From contig OZ076410.1 of assembly GCA_964187785.1 (NCBI GenBank), positions 19,530,001-19,594,000 on the forward strand: DNA of 64,000 nt, in the 5' to 3' direction. Each line of letters starts with the position of its first letter. The first letter of the stretch is position 1. Below the pieces are notes generated by a model that saw only the letters and a list, made by a program, of their open reading frames with translations, had not been told where the DNA came from and did no database searches. This DNA is from Amphiscolops sp. MND2022. Taxonomy: Eukaryota. Shown here in pieces: positions 37,383-50,129 of the stretch. A program made the position numbers and the translations under genes.

Positions 37383-38419
37383 TTCAAGTTCTTCAGAATA
37401 AACTCCAAACCGAATTTTCATAACTGGTACATTGAATAAAGAGCTAATAGGAGCAATGATACTTTGTTTGAGATTTCTCTAAAATTGATGAAAAGCTGAA
37501 GAAAATATGAGACTGCATAGGTTTTGCTTCATCGACAGCCTGCGGACTACGTTTGAGGACTTTTGTTTTTTATTTCTGTCTTCCTTCTATTTGTGCTCTA
37601 CTTTTTTCAGTGCGTTTTACCAACCTTTATAATTCAGTTAGACAAAAAATGACCTTGAAAGCTAATTGAAGGAAGCCTTGAATTCAACTGAAAAAGTACC
37701 CTTGGAAATTCCGGCGAGTCGTCTCCTCATCATTTTTCGCAAGACGTTTCCTGGTTCGTAATTCCTGATAAATTATTTGGGGGGGGGGAGACAAGGAGAG
37801 ACTATAAAACACAGAATTAGAGTGATGCAAGGTTATAGCTCACCCTAATGCATTGCTTGGGTTCAACTGCTTGTGAAGTGTGACGTTCATTACTTAAATG
37901 GGGACTGCAATTGTATTGGGGCATTTTCCGTTCAGCTTTAACTGGAAGGTTCCACTCGATAAAGTCATGACTGGCTTTGAGACAGCGACGCGATAAATCA
38001 GACCATTTTACGTCAGCAACTCTTCCTAATACTAATTCTTTTGCTGATATAAACATTCATTTTTTATAAAATCGGATAAGCCGATAAGTTTCTTTTGATG
38101 AAGGATTTTTGTTATATTGAGCATCCATGATGTCTTGATGAAAATTCTCTTCGAGAGAAGAAATCAACAAGCCAAAGGAACAGCCTAACTGGGTGCACCG
38201 CTCAGAGCTCTAAAGACACAATTATTTAAAAAAACTTGAAAAATAACTGCGCGCTCAATAAAGATTTTCCAGCGCAAATTTTAAAATTTTCACAAGAAAA
38301 AGTGCAAGACTTTGGGAAAGTCAAGTGTCTTTCTCCAGCTATCACTGTCGTGGTCACGTTCTATAATTTTTTGAAGTTATCCCACAATTTGTAGGGTCTT
38401 AAATACTTCGAATGTAAAA

Positions 38420-38490
38420 CCAGATGGGTAAGTGGTTAAAGCATTTGCCCGATAAGCAGGAAGTCATAGGTTCGCATCCAGCGCAGGTTC
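38420..38490 (+). pseudogene. tRNA-derived (SINE-head-like) relic
   Basis: TGGGTAAGTGGTTAAAGC (A-box-like) and AGGTTCGCATCC (B-box-like); acceptor stem does not pair. Confidence 0.5.
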
Positions 38491-38569
38491 GAATATTTTA
38501 TTCAATATAGAAATAACGCTATATTGCGATATAATCAGGTTATAACGTCAAAAAAAACGTTTTTATCCC

Positions 38570-39004
38570 TTTTTAGTCGGCGCATTTTAGAAGAAAATGA
38601 GCCCGACTATTACAGTGGCAAGTTTTTTTTTCTTTTTTTTTCGTCAGACCACAGAATGTATGCGTAGTGGACACTTTTTACAGAACTACTAAAAGTACTG
38701 AACCGGCAAGCGGAATCACATCTGAGTTACTGCAAAGGGTCCCCCCTTTCGTGTACTCAATTTTTAACGTAAGATACAAAACCGGACGGGACTACAGGGT
38801 CCCCCCTTTGATTTTTTTTCGGCACTGTGCGACTTTTTTTCGAATTTTCTTTTGTCGCCAAACGGTCCCCCCTTCAAGTTTTTTGATATTTTGCAGCAAA
38901 CTGAAGTTTCAAAAAGCCCAAAGGGTCCCCCTTTTACAAGTTTAAAAACTTAGCGCTTTTTTGAGCCTTAGATATAGCGCCGACTTTAGACGTTCTCGTC
39001 TTGT
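38570..39004 (+). mobile_element. HINE (H3)
   Basis: 5' TTTTTAGTCGGCGC...GAGCCCGACT; 3' AGCGCCGACTTT-AGACG-ttct-CGTCT-TGTTT. Confidence 0.8.
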
Positions 39005-40021
39005 TTCCTTCGTACCAAGCGGAAAATAGTGTAGAATTTAGCTACGACGGAGATGTTCATCTATTTGAAATGAATGATGCTATTTGCAATCACTTTTTTC
39101 GGACGTAACAAATGAAAAACAAATAAAAACGACATTTAATTCGGGTTTAATAAAAACAGAGTTTAATTTAACAAGGTTCAGATTTTCAATTGGTGTTACA
39201 ATGTGGTATCCCTAGAAGATCTTTAGATGCTAGGATAAGACTGCTCAGAAACTTTGTGGCAAGATTCAAGTCAAAACAACCCACAGCGCCGAGAAAAAAA
39301 TCCTAAAGGGGACACTTTGGTCTATCAAACTTTGGGAACTTTAAAAAACAACTCAGCGACAGATCCGAACTCACGTACAACTGCTCGCCAGCTTCAGTAA
39401 CCACGCAAAAACACCGCGCTAACCTTTGGCCAAAATGGAAGTTACTTTTCAGCAGACGTATCTTGTTAGTTTTAGGCAGAAATTACTTGAAAAGAATTAA
39501 ACAAGGAAGCCCAATATCTCCAATGAGATACATTTTCCAGAAAACATACTTGTTTCGGCAAATCGAAGTTTCTCAATGACTCTTTCAAGACATCCAGTCA
39601 AGTTTGCTTTTCAAAACATTTTTCTTACCGACAAGGATTGAAAATGTAAAACAAGACACCAACCAAGCAGCGTGATAATTTTTGCCCCGGACTTTTCAAC
39701 AACGATGATTCAATAAGTCAATAAACTTACAAGAACTAAACGAATACAAGAGAAAACGTTGAAAGAATCGACACTTTTCTTCAAATTTTATATCTCCTTC
39801 TAAAAATTAAGAATTATATTCCTCTATACAACAAGATGCTTAGTACCTAAGCAATTTGCTGTTGAACACTGTGAAAATTCAAACCTGAAAGAAATATCCA
39901 AAATTGCAAATTTGACAATTAAAGGTCAATAAAAGTTTGACTACTTTTCGATCGTGTTACTCTGCCGTAAAAAACAGTGTTTCCTGAAACAAGCGTACGC
40001 TAATTTGCTGTTTGAGATCTG

Positions 40022-40465
40022 GGTTACAGGTCTTTAATACCAGAGGGCAAAATACCAGAGGTCGAAAGGCCAGAGGTCATAAAACCACAGAGTCAAATTA
40101 CCAGACGGTCAAAATACCAGTTAGAATCGAACGATTGCGTAATTTGAGGGCCCTGTTTGAATACGCGTCTTGGAATTGACTAGCGTCTTCACTTCAATTG
40201 GATTTGCTTGCAAACTTTCTTTGAAGGTTGCCGCTTTTGAAACAAAAGTACCAGTTGCATTAGTGATGTCAATTAGACTGTTGTTCGAAAGCGTCCTTTT
40301 ACAGACTAATCAACAATAGTTAAGTGTAAATCATACTTCGTTGTACATTACTTTGTTTCTTAATTCTCTAGTATTTTGACCGTCTGGTATTTTGACTCTG
40401 TGGTTTTATGACCTATGGTCTTTCGACCTCTGGTATTTTGACTTGCGGTATTTTGACCTGACACC
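40022..40465. mobile_element. Foldback MITE with roughly 100-bp TIRs built of 15-bp units
   Basis: Left GGTTACAGGTC..(GTCAAAATACCAGA)n, right (TCTGGTATTTTGAC)n..GACCTGACACC; flanks GAGATCTG/GAAATCTG (8 bp, 1 mismatch). Confidence 0.85.
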
Positions 40466-41424
40466 GAAATCTGCGAACGTTTTTCTCCACAAAGCACAAA
40501 AATTGTATCGAGCCAATTGCATAAAACAATATACAGTTAAAAAGGAACAAAAAGGTTTCATTTCCAATTTCCCTGGTGTGAAAGCCGGAAAAGTAGTTGT
40601 TTTCTTAAAACGGTGCTATTTCCAGATATTTACTCCCCGTAGAAAGGCAGAGTAGCATATTTGCAGACAAAAGGTCTTTTCTACAGGTTTGGCATTTTTC
40701 GGGCATCCTGTGGCACCAATAAAACTGAGGCGTTTTTCTGCATGAAAGAAATATTTGAAACATGACAATTTTCCTCGAGCTCAATGAAAGCTGCCGACGA
40801 GAAACCTAAAATTTAGAGAAAACTCCCCGAATCGAAATAAGAGAAACATTTGTTTTTTCCATAAATTCATGGATCCAACAAGAAACATCAACGTTCTCTT
40901 TCGAGTAAGTCACTTGACCTAAGTTTTCCATCTGAGGTTATTCTTACTTTCAAAACAATAGTAGGATGCGACTAAACGGCCAAAAGTTTGAGCTTTATGG
41001 TTTTGTTGTTTTTTGCGGTCCTTTTCAGTCACTTTACTAACACAGCAGAAAGAATCAGATTGTTCTCGTACAAAGCATCCCGAATAACTAGTTTTTTGTT
41101 TCACATTGTTGTGGATGATCCAAATCCTGGACTTGAAAACTTCCGAAAGCTGTTCGAAAGTTGTCAAAAAGGATCAAAATTGGTAAAATTTAAAACATTC
41201 AATTATTTTGGGATCATTTGTGAGGAATTGTAGAAAGATACTCCGAGTTGCTCTTTGCAAAAGCGTACAGGATAGCTAGTTGTTTTGTTCTTGAATTCTA
41301 TGGGCGTTTGAACCCTTAGAAACATTCGAGAAGGGTACAAAAAACCTAAAATGGTCGAAAAAAAGGATAGTTATTGATATTTCTCGTACTTTGGTTGCAC
41401 TGTTTTGAGCGGAAACTCGTTTTC

Positions 41425-41860
41425 CATCGTTGAAACTGCTTGGACTTTAAAGCTGCCAGCAACTTTTATTATGATTTTTCAAAGCTCTTACGAAAACTTT
41501 CATGCGAAAATATGCCTGTTGTATTTAACTTTTATCAAGCTGCTTGAAATATTCATGGAGGTTTTGGTGGCAATTTTAAGCCTTAAAGTTTAGCAGGTTT
41601 CATTAAACAGCAGCTATAATTATAAAAGCCAATAAGCTGTTACTAGTTTTACCGCTAATTTATCGCAACATTCAGTCGCGTAATAAACTGCAAAATAGCA
41701 TCATGTTTCCTGTGCTATTTGGGAAGCAGTGATCACTACGAATGGGTAGTTGAGAAAACAAAGAGCGAAGACAAGGTGATAGTGTCGGTAATGATGTGGA
41801 TTAAATTTTTCAAATTTAATTGCAGTAGTAGAAACTGCAGCGTAATTGTACATGACTTAC
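41425..41860. mobile_element. Truncated family D MITE
   Basis: Colinear with 46822-47260. Confidence 0.65.
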
Positions 41861-42129
41861 AACCCGAAGTTCACTGAATGTTCTATGTTTATAAAAAATG
41901 CATTATGTAAAAAGTTCAAACCTGTCAAACGAATGGTAATTTAGATGCCAAGTGGGTTCAAATGTTTGACAAACTAAACAAGAATAAAGAGTTTTTGAGA
42001 TTCTAACACTGCGACTGTTTTTGGAAAAAAAACGTTTTAGGAAAATTCGGCCATCTGTCGGCGCTGTGATCAATATGAGTTTTTTCAACAATTGTCTTTT
42101 TGGCAGCATTATTAAAAGACTTTTGGCAG

Positions 42130-42520
42130 CTTAGCGTTTTTGAGCCTTAAGCCGGTGCCGACTTGGACCGTTCCCGACTTCTTTTCATTTGATGCAACAT
42201 TCCTAAAAACCAAACACGACCCCCCGTATTTCTCGATAGACTTCAGTGAATCAAAAAAATTAAAACTTTTTCTTAATTGTAATGACACGAGTTCACTCTG
42301 CAAATCCACGGAAATCATTTTCTCAGTCTCTAGAGGAGGGAATGGAGAGAACACTTTCGTTTACATTTACAAAATTGAGATTTGATTAAGCAGTATATGT
42401 ATGACTGAACGGTTGAAACTTGAGAAACTGCAGGTAGGAAACTAGATGGAAAAAAAAACAAACCGGGAACGGCTCAAGCCAGGGCCCTGCTCAAGGCACA
42501 AAAGTGTACCCGGGGGACGT
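42130..42520. mobile_element. Two HINE 3' termini in opposite orientation
   Basis: Plus: TTTTTGAGCCTTAAGCCGGTGCCGACTTGGACCGTTCCCG (42137-42180). Minus: AAACCGGGAACGGCTCAAGCCAGGG..CAAGGCACAAAA (42460-42503). Confidence 0.55.
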
Positions 42521-43297
42521 AGTTTTGGTATCAAGATTTTCGAAAACCCAAAAATGTCTTATAGTACTAAAAACCTGATTCTGAAGCTTTACATTGGACC
42601 CAATTTATGTGAAAGTTTGAGGAAAAATAGATAAAGTTATAATAGGAAAAAAACGTTGAATCCGCACTTTGAAAACGTTACATCCGAACATTGAAAACTT
42701 TTTATCCGAATTTAAGTATGTGTTAGATGTTATATGAGAAACTTTTTACGTATCACTTTTACAGATTTGAAAAATTATCCAAGAAACATTATATCCGGTA
42801 TACGTTATATCCGGAATTCGCTATATACGGTTTAAGTTAAATCCGGTATAACCTTTTTGGTTCACATCATTTCAGTCCTAAAGTTCAGATATCAAAAGTC
42901 TTATGTGCGTCGATCGTACGTCACGATTGTTAAAATCATTTCCGTTCCACTTAAACGGCTGTAAAATCAAAGTCCACGCTGGGCGTGAACACCTGCTCTA
43001 TTCCCAACAAGGAAAATTGCGAAAATTGGAGCAAAAGTATGACAAGCAAAACTGACGAAACAATTGAAACTAGGGGGGAAAATTTTCAAAAATAATTACA
43101 AAAATGATGATGGGGAGGAAAAACATTGCTTGAATATCATTCTTCTGAATAATATAAAATCCTGATCATCGTATATCCATTTCTATCATGATTTCAACCC
43201 GAATCAATAGTTGTTACAACACAATATAAAACTCTCTTTACTGGGAATTTTTCAAACAAATCGCAACGAAGGTCTTACGACCGGAAAATTTCTATGT

Positions 43298-43412
43298 TTT
43301 TAGTCGGCGCTTCATGAAGTGAAACGCGACTATTATAGTGACTCTTTTTTTTGCTGAACATGTTGAAAACCTCTATGGGCGTACTTTTTTACTATCCTTA
43401 GACCAGTAGACA
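43298..43412 (+). mobile_element. HINE 5' fragment interrupted by a family C element
   Basis: TTTTTAGTCGGCGCTTCATGAAGTGAAACGCGACTATT. Confidence 0.6.
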
Positions 43413-43880
43413 CCCAGCGACCGAAGACGCGCTACGCTTTTCAAGATCCTAGTTAATCTTGCTAAATCATGGTTAACTATGGTGCCCTTGTCAAGATCAT
43501 GGCTAATCATGATACATGGAACGCTTGTCAAGATCATGGCAAGATCATAGCAAGATCTTGGCAAGATAACCATGGTAAGACATGTGAGCTTTTTTCAATT
43601 GTATAATTTACTCTTTCCATGAAAATTTCTTGTCGTCTCCAATTTCTGACTAAGCCAATTTGATAACTTCAGACATGAACTTTATTTATCGAGAAAAGTT
43701 TTTTAAACTGAAAAGTATGCAACAATTCTCAATAATTTGCTGCACCTATTGACCGAGTTTTGTTACTTGAGAGCACGGCATTGTTACTACTATCATAAAA
43801 TATCATACAAACCAAACCTCAAATGAAGTTATTACAACTTGCGGGTTTGCGATATCGGTGTGAAAACCAACTTTTAGCAG
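43413..43880 (-). mobile_element. Truncated MITE family C copy
   Basis: Reverse complement of about 19385-19842; starts CCCAGCGACCGAAG. Confidence 0.8.
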
Positions 43881-44501
43881 TGAACTGATCAGTCTCCCAG
43901 TGAAAAGCCGCTCGAATATTACGCCAACCTCAATTCATTGACTTGACTGCATATTCTTGACTTACAGAACTGCATATTCGGCATTGGGGAAAGGACTTTC
44001 TTCTTTCTTCAAGTTGAAACAAGCTGGGACAAAGCTCAATTTTTTTTAATATGCAAAGGACAATATTTTCAAACTTTACCAATTTCTTAGTGCCGAAAAA
44101 TAGCCCAAGTGATGCGCATAAGACTCGGAAACCACTTTTTCCCCAGATTGAGCTGTTAGTTCCATGAAGAAACAATTTCCAGTAAACAAAACTGTTTTTT
44201 GATGCAAACTATGGGCTACCATGGGATAAAGCAATGGCTAACAATTAAGTGAGACCGCTGTTTGTGTTTCCATTTTGATGCTTTCAAGGAAACATTTCTC
44301 CGTTGCCGAAGATCATCGTTTCGATTTTGTAAAAAAAGTACAAAAATCTTATAATCTCAAGGATGTAATCGTCAAGGGTTTAAAACAAAATTGGATTCTA
44401 ACAAAAACATTGACTCTGACTTATTTCTGAAACTTCCCGTCGCCATTGACGTGTCATCGTCGAGGAGAAGACCTTATGGTTCCATCGATGCTACTGATTT
44501 G

Positions 44502-45366
44502 CAGGGACCGTCAACAACTAATTGTATCAAAAATTAATTGCAATTAATTGTCAAAACAATTGATTTTTGATTGAGCACAATTGTGTTCATTGATTGTTCC
44601 ATAAAGCAATTAATTGCAATTAATTGTACAATTAATTGCCCGATACTGTGGTAACTCATTCTAGTTAAGAGAGACGAATTTTAGCGTATTTTCTAATTCA
44701 GCCTGTGTGCGATTGCCTCTTAGCCAATAGAAAATTAGTGTTTGCCTGCTAATGAACAGGACAAACACGACTGAAATTGAGGCCAAGGTGACTTCCAGGG
44801 CAGACGCCGCCGCACTAACCTTGCGGTAACTCTTTATTATTGGTTTGCGCATTTCAGAGAAGAGCATGGCCGCATAATTCCAGTTTTGAATCAGCACTAG
44901 TTAAAATTCAAGATAGAAAATTTGAAGCATTGACAGATGCAGAACAAAATGCTGCCAAGTGCCATAAAGTTCAGGACACTGTTCAAACGTCGACAGCCGA
45001 CGACGATCAGGAATACGGCGATTCGGTGGAACTTATGCTCAAAAAACGGAAAATGGAAAAATTTCAAAGATTCCAGATTTTTGTTACCAACTTCGAACAC
45101 TATCGAGCGATTTTTTAGCACAGCGGGTTATGCTTTTAACGACCATCGTCAGAACCTAACACCCATGAATCTTGAAATGCAGTTATTGTTGAGAATGAAT
45201 AAAGACTTTTGAGACCCCGAACTGGTAACTCAGATTTGCTGACAATTGCTGCAATTAATTGCAATCAATTGAATTAATTGATTGTTAAATTTTTGTAATT
45301 GCAATTAATTAATTGATCGCAAACAATTGATTTTTTCACTTTGCAATTAATTGTTGATAGGCCCTG
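44502..45366 (+). mobile_element. hAT deletion derivative
   Basis: TIR CAGGG(A)CC..TCAACAA(C/T)TAATTG; perfect 8-bp TSD CTGATTTG; subterminal CAATTAATTG arrays; transposase C-terminus SSFESALVKIQ... and LPTSNTIERFFSTAG...RQNLTPMNLEMQLLLRMN (45084-45210). Confidence 0.9.
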
Positions 45367-46818
45367 CTGATTTGTATTCATCGATTGGCGACAGAGCCTA
45401 TTTTCATCGGAACATTTGTCATTGTGCATTTGGATAGAATTCTCAAAAAGTTAGCCTTCAACTCTCCAAAACCTTTGTTTGCTATACACAACATCTGTTG
45501 ACAAGTTGTATTTTGTGCTTGTATTTTGTTTAAAAAGCCATTACAAGTTAAGTTCGAAAAAGTAATCAAGCCAATTTGCTGTAATCTAAAGATTTATCTA
45601 GCTTAGACGCTTATTTTTTTCACAACGCTCCGCTTGAGTGATAAATTTGCTTTTATCAGCGCTGCACATTAACGCAAATACGTGCTAGATATATTCTTCT
45701 TCTTCTTCTTGATATTTTTTACAATAGGAAAGGAAACAATATATACTGTCCAATCGATTAAACCTTTGAAAATGAATGTTCCAAGATAGAAGACGATATC
45801 CAAACCTAGTCCTGTAAACCAAACACTACGCTTCGTTTCAACAACCACCACCAAAATTTTTGAAAATACCTTTCCTTATGAACTTTAGACTAGCCTGATT
45901 AAAAGTAAAACAGGAAGTTAACTTCTATTAGAGTAGTTTTCCGCTTGAACAAAACCTTTTTTCACACATTTTGACAATAATTATATTGGTATTAAGTGTT
46001 TATTCATGACTCAAAACAGGAAGCTGTTGATTTCTTCATCAAAAAGGCGTAACTACATAGGGAAAAAGTGTGAACAAAGTTTGTATCTGAATCCTAAACT
46101 AGCACCCTGAGAATAAATTTAAAACTGAAGCTTTCTGGTTTGTATTCAAGTCTAATCAAAGAAAATTTGCACCAATTTTCTAAAAAAAAATGGTGGTGGG
46201 GGGGTACAGAAAAAAGCCGGGAATTCTAAGAAATAATGAAGTTGTTATTGTAATATGATGTTACCGGTTGCTGATTCTAGAGCCGAATTCCCTTTATTGA
46301 CCACGAAAAAGCTCAATATTTTCATTGATTCGGCATAACTTGTTTCAAACATAATACACTCAGAAATGAACAAGGGTCGTCGAATTGGCACCGTTTTGCT
46401 GATAAAAACTAACCCATTATATAAATTGGTGTTGTTGAATCTGAGTATTCTTTTAGCTGAGTGAGAATTAGCTGAATTTCACTTGTTATCAGCAATTACT
46501 TGATTGAAAGAATACACTCAAGGGGGCACGTGGCGAGAAGCAGTCTAGGAATGTGTAAGATTTGATGTACTGGAATCGATTCAAATGAATGCGAAAAAAA
46601 AACAAAAAAAAACAAAAATTACGATATCTGAAATACTCTATGTTTGACCGATTCATTCTGATTGAAAAACATTTTGTATTTTGTACCGCAAAAAGGTATG
46701 AAAATCCTTGAATCATAACAACTGCAAGAGAAGAAAACTTTTTTCTTTGTTCTGATTTTCTTCAATTTTAAAAAATCGAGAGGACCAGAATTCCGAAGAC
46801 CTTGGTATGTTTCTTCTA

Positions 46819-47366
46819 CCCTGGTTGAAACTGCTTGAACTTTTTGCAAGTTTTTGTAGGTTACCAAGCTAATTTTTCACGATTTTATAAAATTCTCAAG
46901 GAGACTTCCATGCATAAAAATTCACTGATTCAATTTAATTTTATCAAGCTGCCTTAAAGATACATCCTAAAATTGGCGGCAATTACCAGCCGCGACGTTT
47001 TGCAGGTTTCATCAAGCAGCGGCTCTAATTTTAAAAGCAGCTAAGACCTTCATCAATTTTACCGCGCTTTCAATGCAAACAAACTTCTGACACATTATAA
47101 GTTTCAAAGTAGCGTCATATTCAGCGTGCTATTTGACTAACAGTGATCACATAAAGTACTTACTTGAGAAACTTACGCGTGAAAACAAAATGATCGCGTC
47201 GGTGAAGAAGTGGAAATGTTTTCTGTTTTAATTGAAATAGTGGAAACTGCATTGTAATCCTATAAAATTTCTCCATGCGTGCTCTGAGTATTTTCTATGT
47301 GTATCAAAAATTTAGAAAGCTTGCATGGATGCAACATGGAAAACTTTCCGGCAGCTTCAACTAGGG
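46819..47366. mobile_element. MITE family D (complete)
   Basis: TIR CCCT(G/A)GTTGAA(A/G)CTGC; TSD TA/TA. Confidence 0.85.
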
Positions 47367-47369
47367 TAA

Positions 47370-47640
47370 TTTTGACGGATGTGGAACTTGTAAGAGAAGC
47401 TTGAGAAAACATCTTGTGGGAAGCTGTGACAAAAATGGCAGCTGCAAGAGAACTTGTCATTATGAAAACGGTAGTACAATACATACAATTGGCAAAAATT
47501 ATTTCAATAACACGGGAGCGCCGCCTTGGTGGTCCTGGCAACAACCAACCGTTCCAAAAATATCACGAGCGACGAACAGAGTCCTGTATTCCTGCATCTA
47601 TGACAAAAAAACCACTTATGGAAAGGGGGTAAGAGGTGAA
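47370..47640 (+). pseudogene. Possible Merlin/IS1595-type transposase relic
   Basis: AARELVIMKTVVQY...RLGGPG(gap)KYHERR resembles the xGGPG..(IDES)..KYxRGR region of Merlin transposases; the catalytic IDE motif is absent. Confidence 0.3.
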
Positions 47641-48964
47641 AAACATCACTCATCACCGATCTAATCAGATGGAACTTTCCATACCCCTAGAGAAAAGAAT
47701 CCTTAACAAAACTGGAGGGTAATTTGTTTTGGCTATAGACTTTAATATGACTTTTTACCATCTTTGCGTTATTTTGTTGCGTTTCATACGTCAGTTTTGT
47801 TTTTGTCGTCATAACTTTTTCCAGGACATCCTAGCGGTTTTTGTTGCTTTCACGTTGTGTTGCGCCATCCGAATATACGTCTGATGGGAAACTTTGTTAG
47901 CAATCGGATCATTACCCGAGATAGAGGGGTCCCTCTGTCCAATTTAACACCCCAAATTTAGGGAAACTGTCCATTTCGAACAAAAACCTGTGAGTTCAGC
48001 GTGCCCGGACTCTGTTGAAGTTTTTTCCGGCTTAATGAGGTAGATCTTATGACATGTGCGGTTCTCGACCCCACTTCAAAAACCATTTGTGACCTTTTTT
48101 GATTTTGTAAATCGAATTTAGATCACTTTCAACTCGAGTAAGTCGGACGCCACTACGTGAATGAAATGCTACATAACTGGGGAGTTGTAAGTGACACTAT
48201 CCTATACCGGAAGTAATTCTTGTGAAAGAAGTTGACCGCCCTGATCGGAAATGCTCCCAACATTAGTTGAAAACTTGTTTTTCACTGCCAATTTTTTGAA
48301 CGTTTGAAACCCATTGCAAGTTTAGTAACCTCTTCCGCTGATTTCTCAAAAAAGGCTCACCTTTATCACCCTCGATAGCCTTTCAAGTTGGTATTGTGTC
48401 AATCTTGAACGCTACCAATTCTTAAAACGAGAAACAAAACGGATGGTGTTATCGTTCTACTTGATGAATTTCTTTCGTATAATCATTCGGATGCAAGGTA
48501 CATTTGTTCAACTTATCCGCCTCAACTCGTTTCAGCGAGTATAGAAGCGCCCTTTAGTCCAAGTTCGTTTCAAAATTGTATTACACATATATAGGATGAT
48601 ATTTTGACGCCTGCACTTTCTAGATAAAACCTCGCACATTAATATTGTATGAATTCTCTGAAGCGTCCCAAACGATGAGTACTAAATCTAACGAAAAGCG
48701 TCGGAAGGCTTCTTAAATTCACCTGAGGACTCATGATTGTCACAGCCAATTTTTTCAGTCACCTTAGAAGTTTTCAACTTGTTTCATATTCAGCGTGGAC
48801 TTTAACTAAAGTGATTTCAATGTGTTAAGTAGATGAGAAACTTAATGGTGTGAACAAAAAATAATCGAGGTAATGACGAAAACACAAAAAGTCTGCAAAG
48901 TGTTTTTCAGCATGCAAATTAAACAAGACAGCCGCTAAGCACCGGGATATTTTCCACTAAAAAT

Positions 48965-49040
48965 GTAACGCATCAGCCCGGGTTCGAACCACGACCTCGT
49001 GTCTACCGAGCAGACGTACTACCAACTGCGCCATGGTTAC
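48965..49040 (-). ncRNA. tRNA-like Pol III unit or SINE head (not a canonical tRNA)
   Basis: A box TGGCGCAGTTGG, GTCT/AGAC anticodon-like stem, B box GGTTCGAACCC, GTAAC/GTTAC closing stem, then TTTTT. T stem and acceptor stem are imperfect. Confidence 0.55.
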
Positions 49041-50129
49041 TATGCAACTAGAATAGTCAAGTAATTAAAATAGTCAAGTAATTCTAGTGTTACTGCTCAG
49101 GTGAGGTGAAACAGGAAGGAGATTTGGCAGAATTTGGACAAAAATCGCAACACAGATCATGTGTGTCCTCCCCCATTGATGTTGGCGGAAAATAATAAAG
49201 GTGGTTCCACGGGGTTAAGTAGATCAGAAACTAAATGAGATGAAAACAAAATGATCGAGATAATGACAAAAAAGCAAAACCTTTAGGTTTGATTTCAAAA
49301 ATGGACGATGCATTGTGACTGTACAAAATTTTTCAAAGCAGGCAACTCGAATTATAGCCATGTATGCATCAGAATAGCATGAAAAATATCTGAGCAGATG
49401 ACATTACAACACGACAGAACTTTTGGCATTTCCGCACAGGCATGTTTTCCAGGCTCCAGCGTAGTCAAACACATGCCATCGGAAAAATTCGAAAGTACTA
49501 AAAGTTCGAAAGTCATATCTTTCGGCACTTTTCGAAATATCAGTTAGAAAACTTCAAAAATTTTGATTCCGTTTAAAAGAGCATGAAAAGGAGCATATTC
49601 TTTGATCGCTGAATTTGTACGATAGATGAGTCAACGGAAGTTTTCGTTTATTCTCAAAACTTCCTTGGAAGTATCAAGACGTAAAGAAGTCAAACAAGAA
49701 ACAGAGTGGCTTTGTTTTATTTTTTCATCTTCAGTTCCTATCTAATTGGCGAAAATGAATTCGGATTTTTTGAAAAATAACTGTCCCTACTCATCGTAAA
49801 ACTAAAACATACACTTTTCCATATGGAGTTCCGCACTGGTGATTCGAAAAAAAGTAATTGTAAAGTTTATTTGTTTCCACAGGTTCGTTTATAAATCGGA
49901 CAGAAAATTTTTATTTTGAATAAAGTGCCTTTTTACCAAATGTACAAACAAACAACAGCAGCAGTAAGAAAATCAAACTGTAGCCTTCAAAGTTCCAATG
50001 GTATTCGTGTCATTTTTTGGGACAAGTCACGAATACTAATTCCCCACCCACAGTAATAGTCAAGTTTGTCCATTTTTGGAAGAAAGATAGGATATGGGCA
50101 GGAAAATATTGGCTAAAAAAATTTCGGAA

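Noticed and set aside
38420-38490. Functional tRNA genes here, at 17372 or at 48965
   Set aside because: Acceptor and/or T stems do not form; treated as tRNA-derived relics.
47367-47400. P450-like phrase ILTDVELVREA
   Set aside because: Overlaps the MITE boundary, is followed by a stop, and no other P450 motifs follow.
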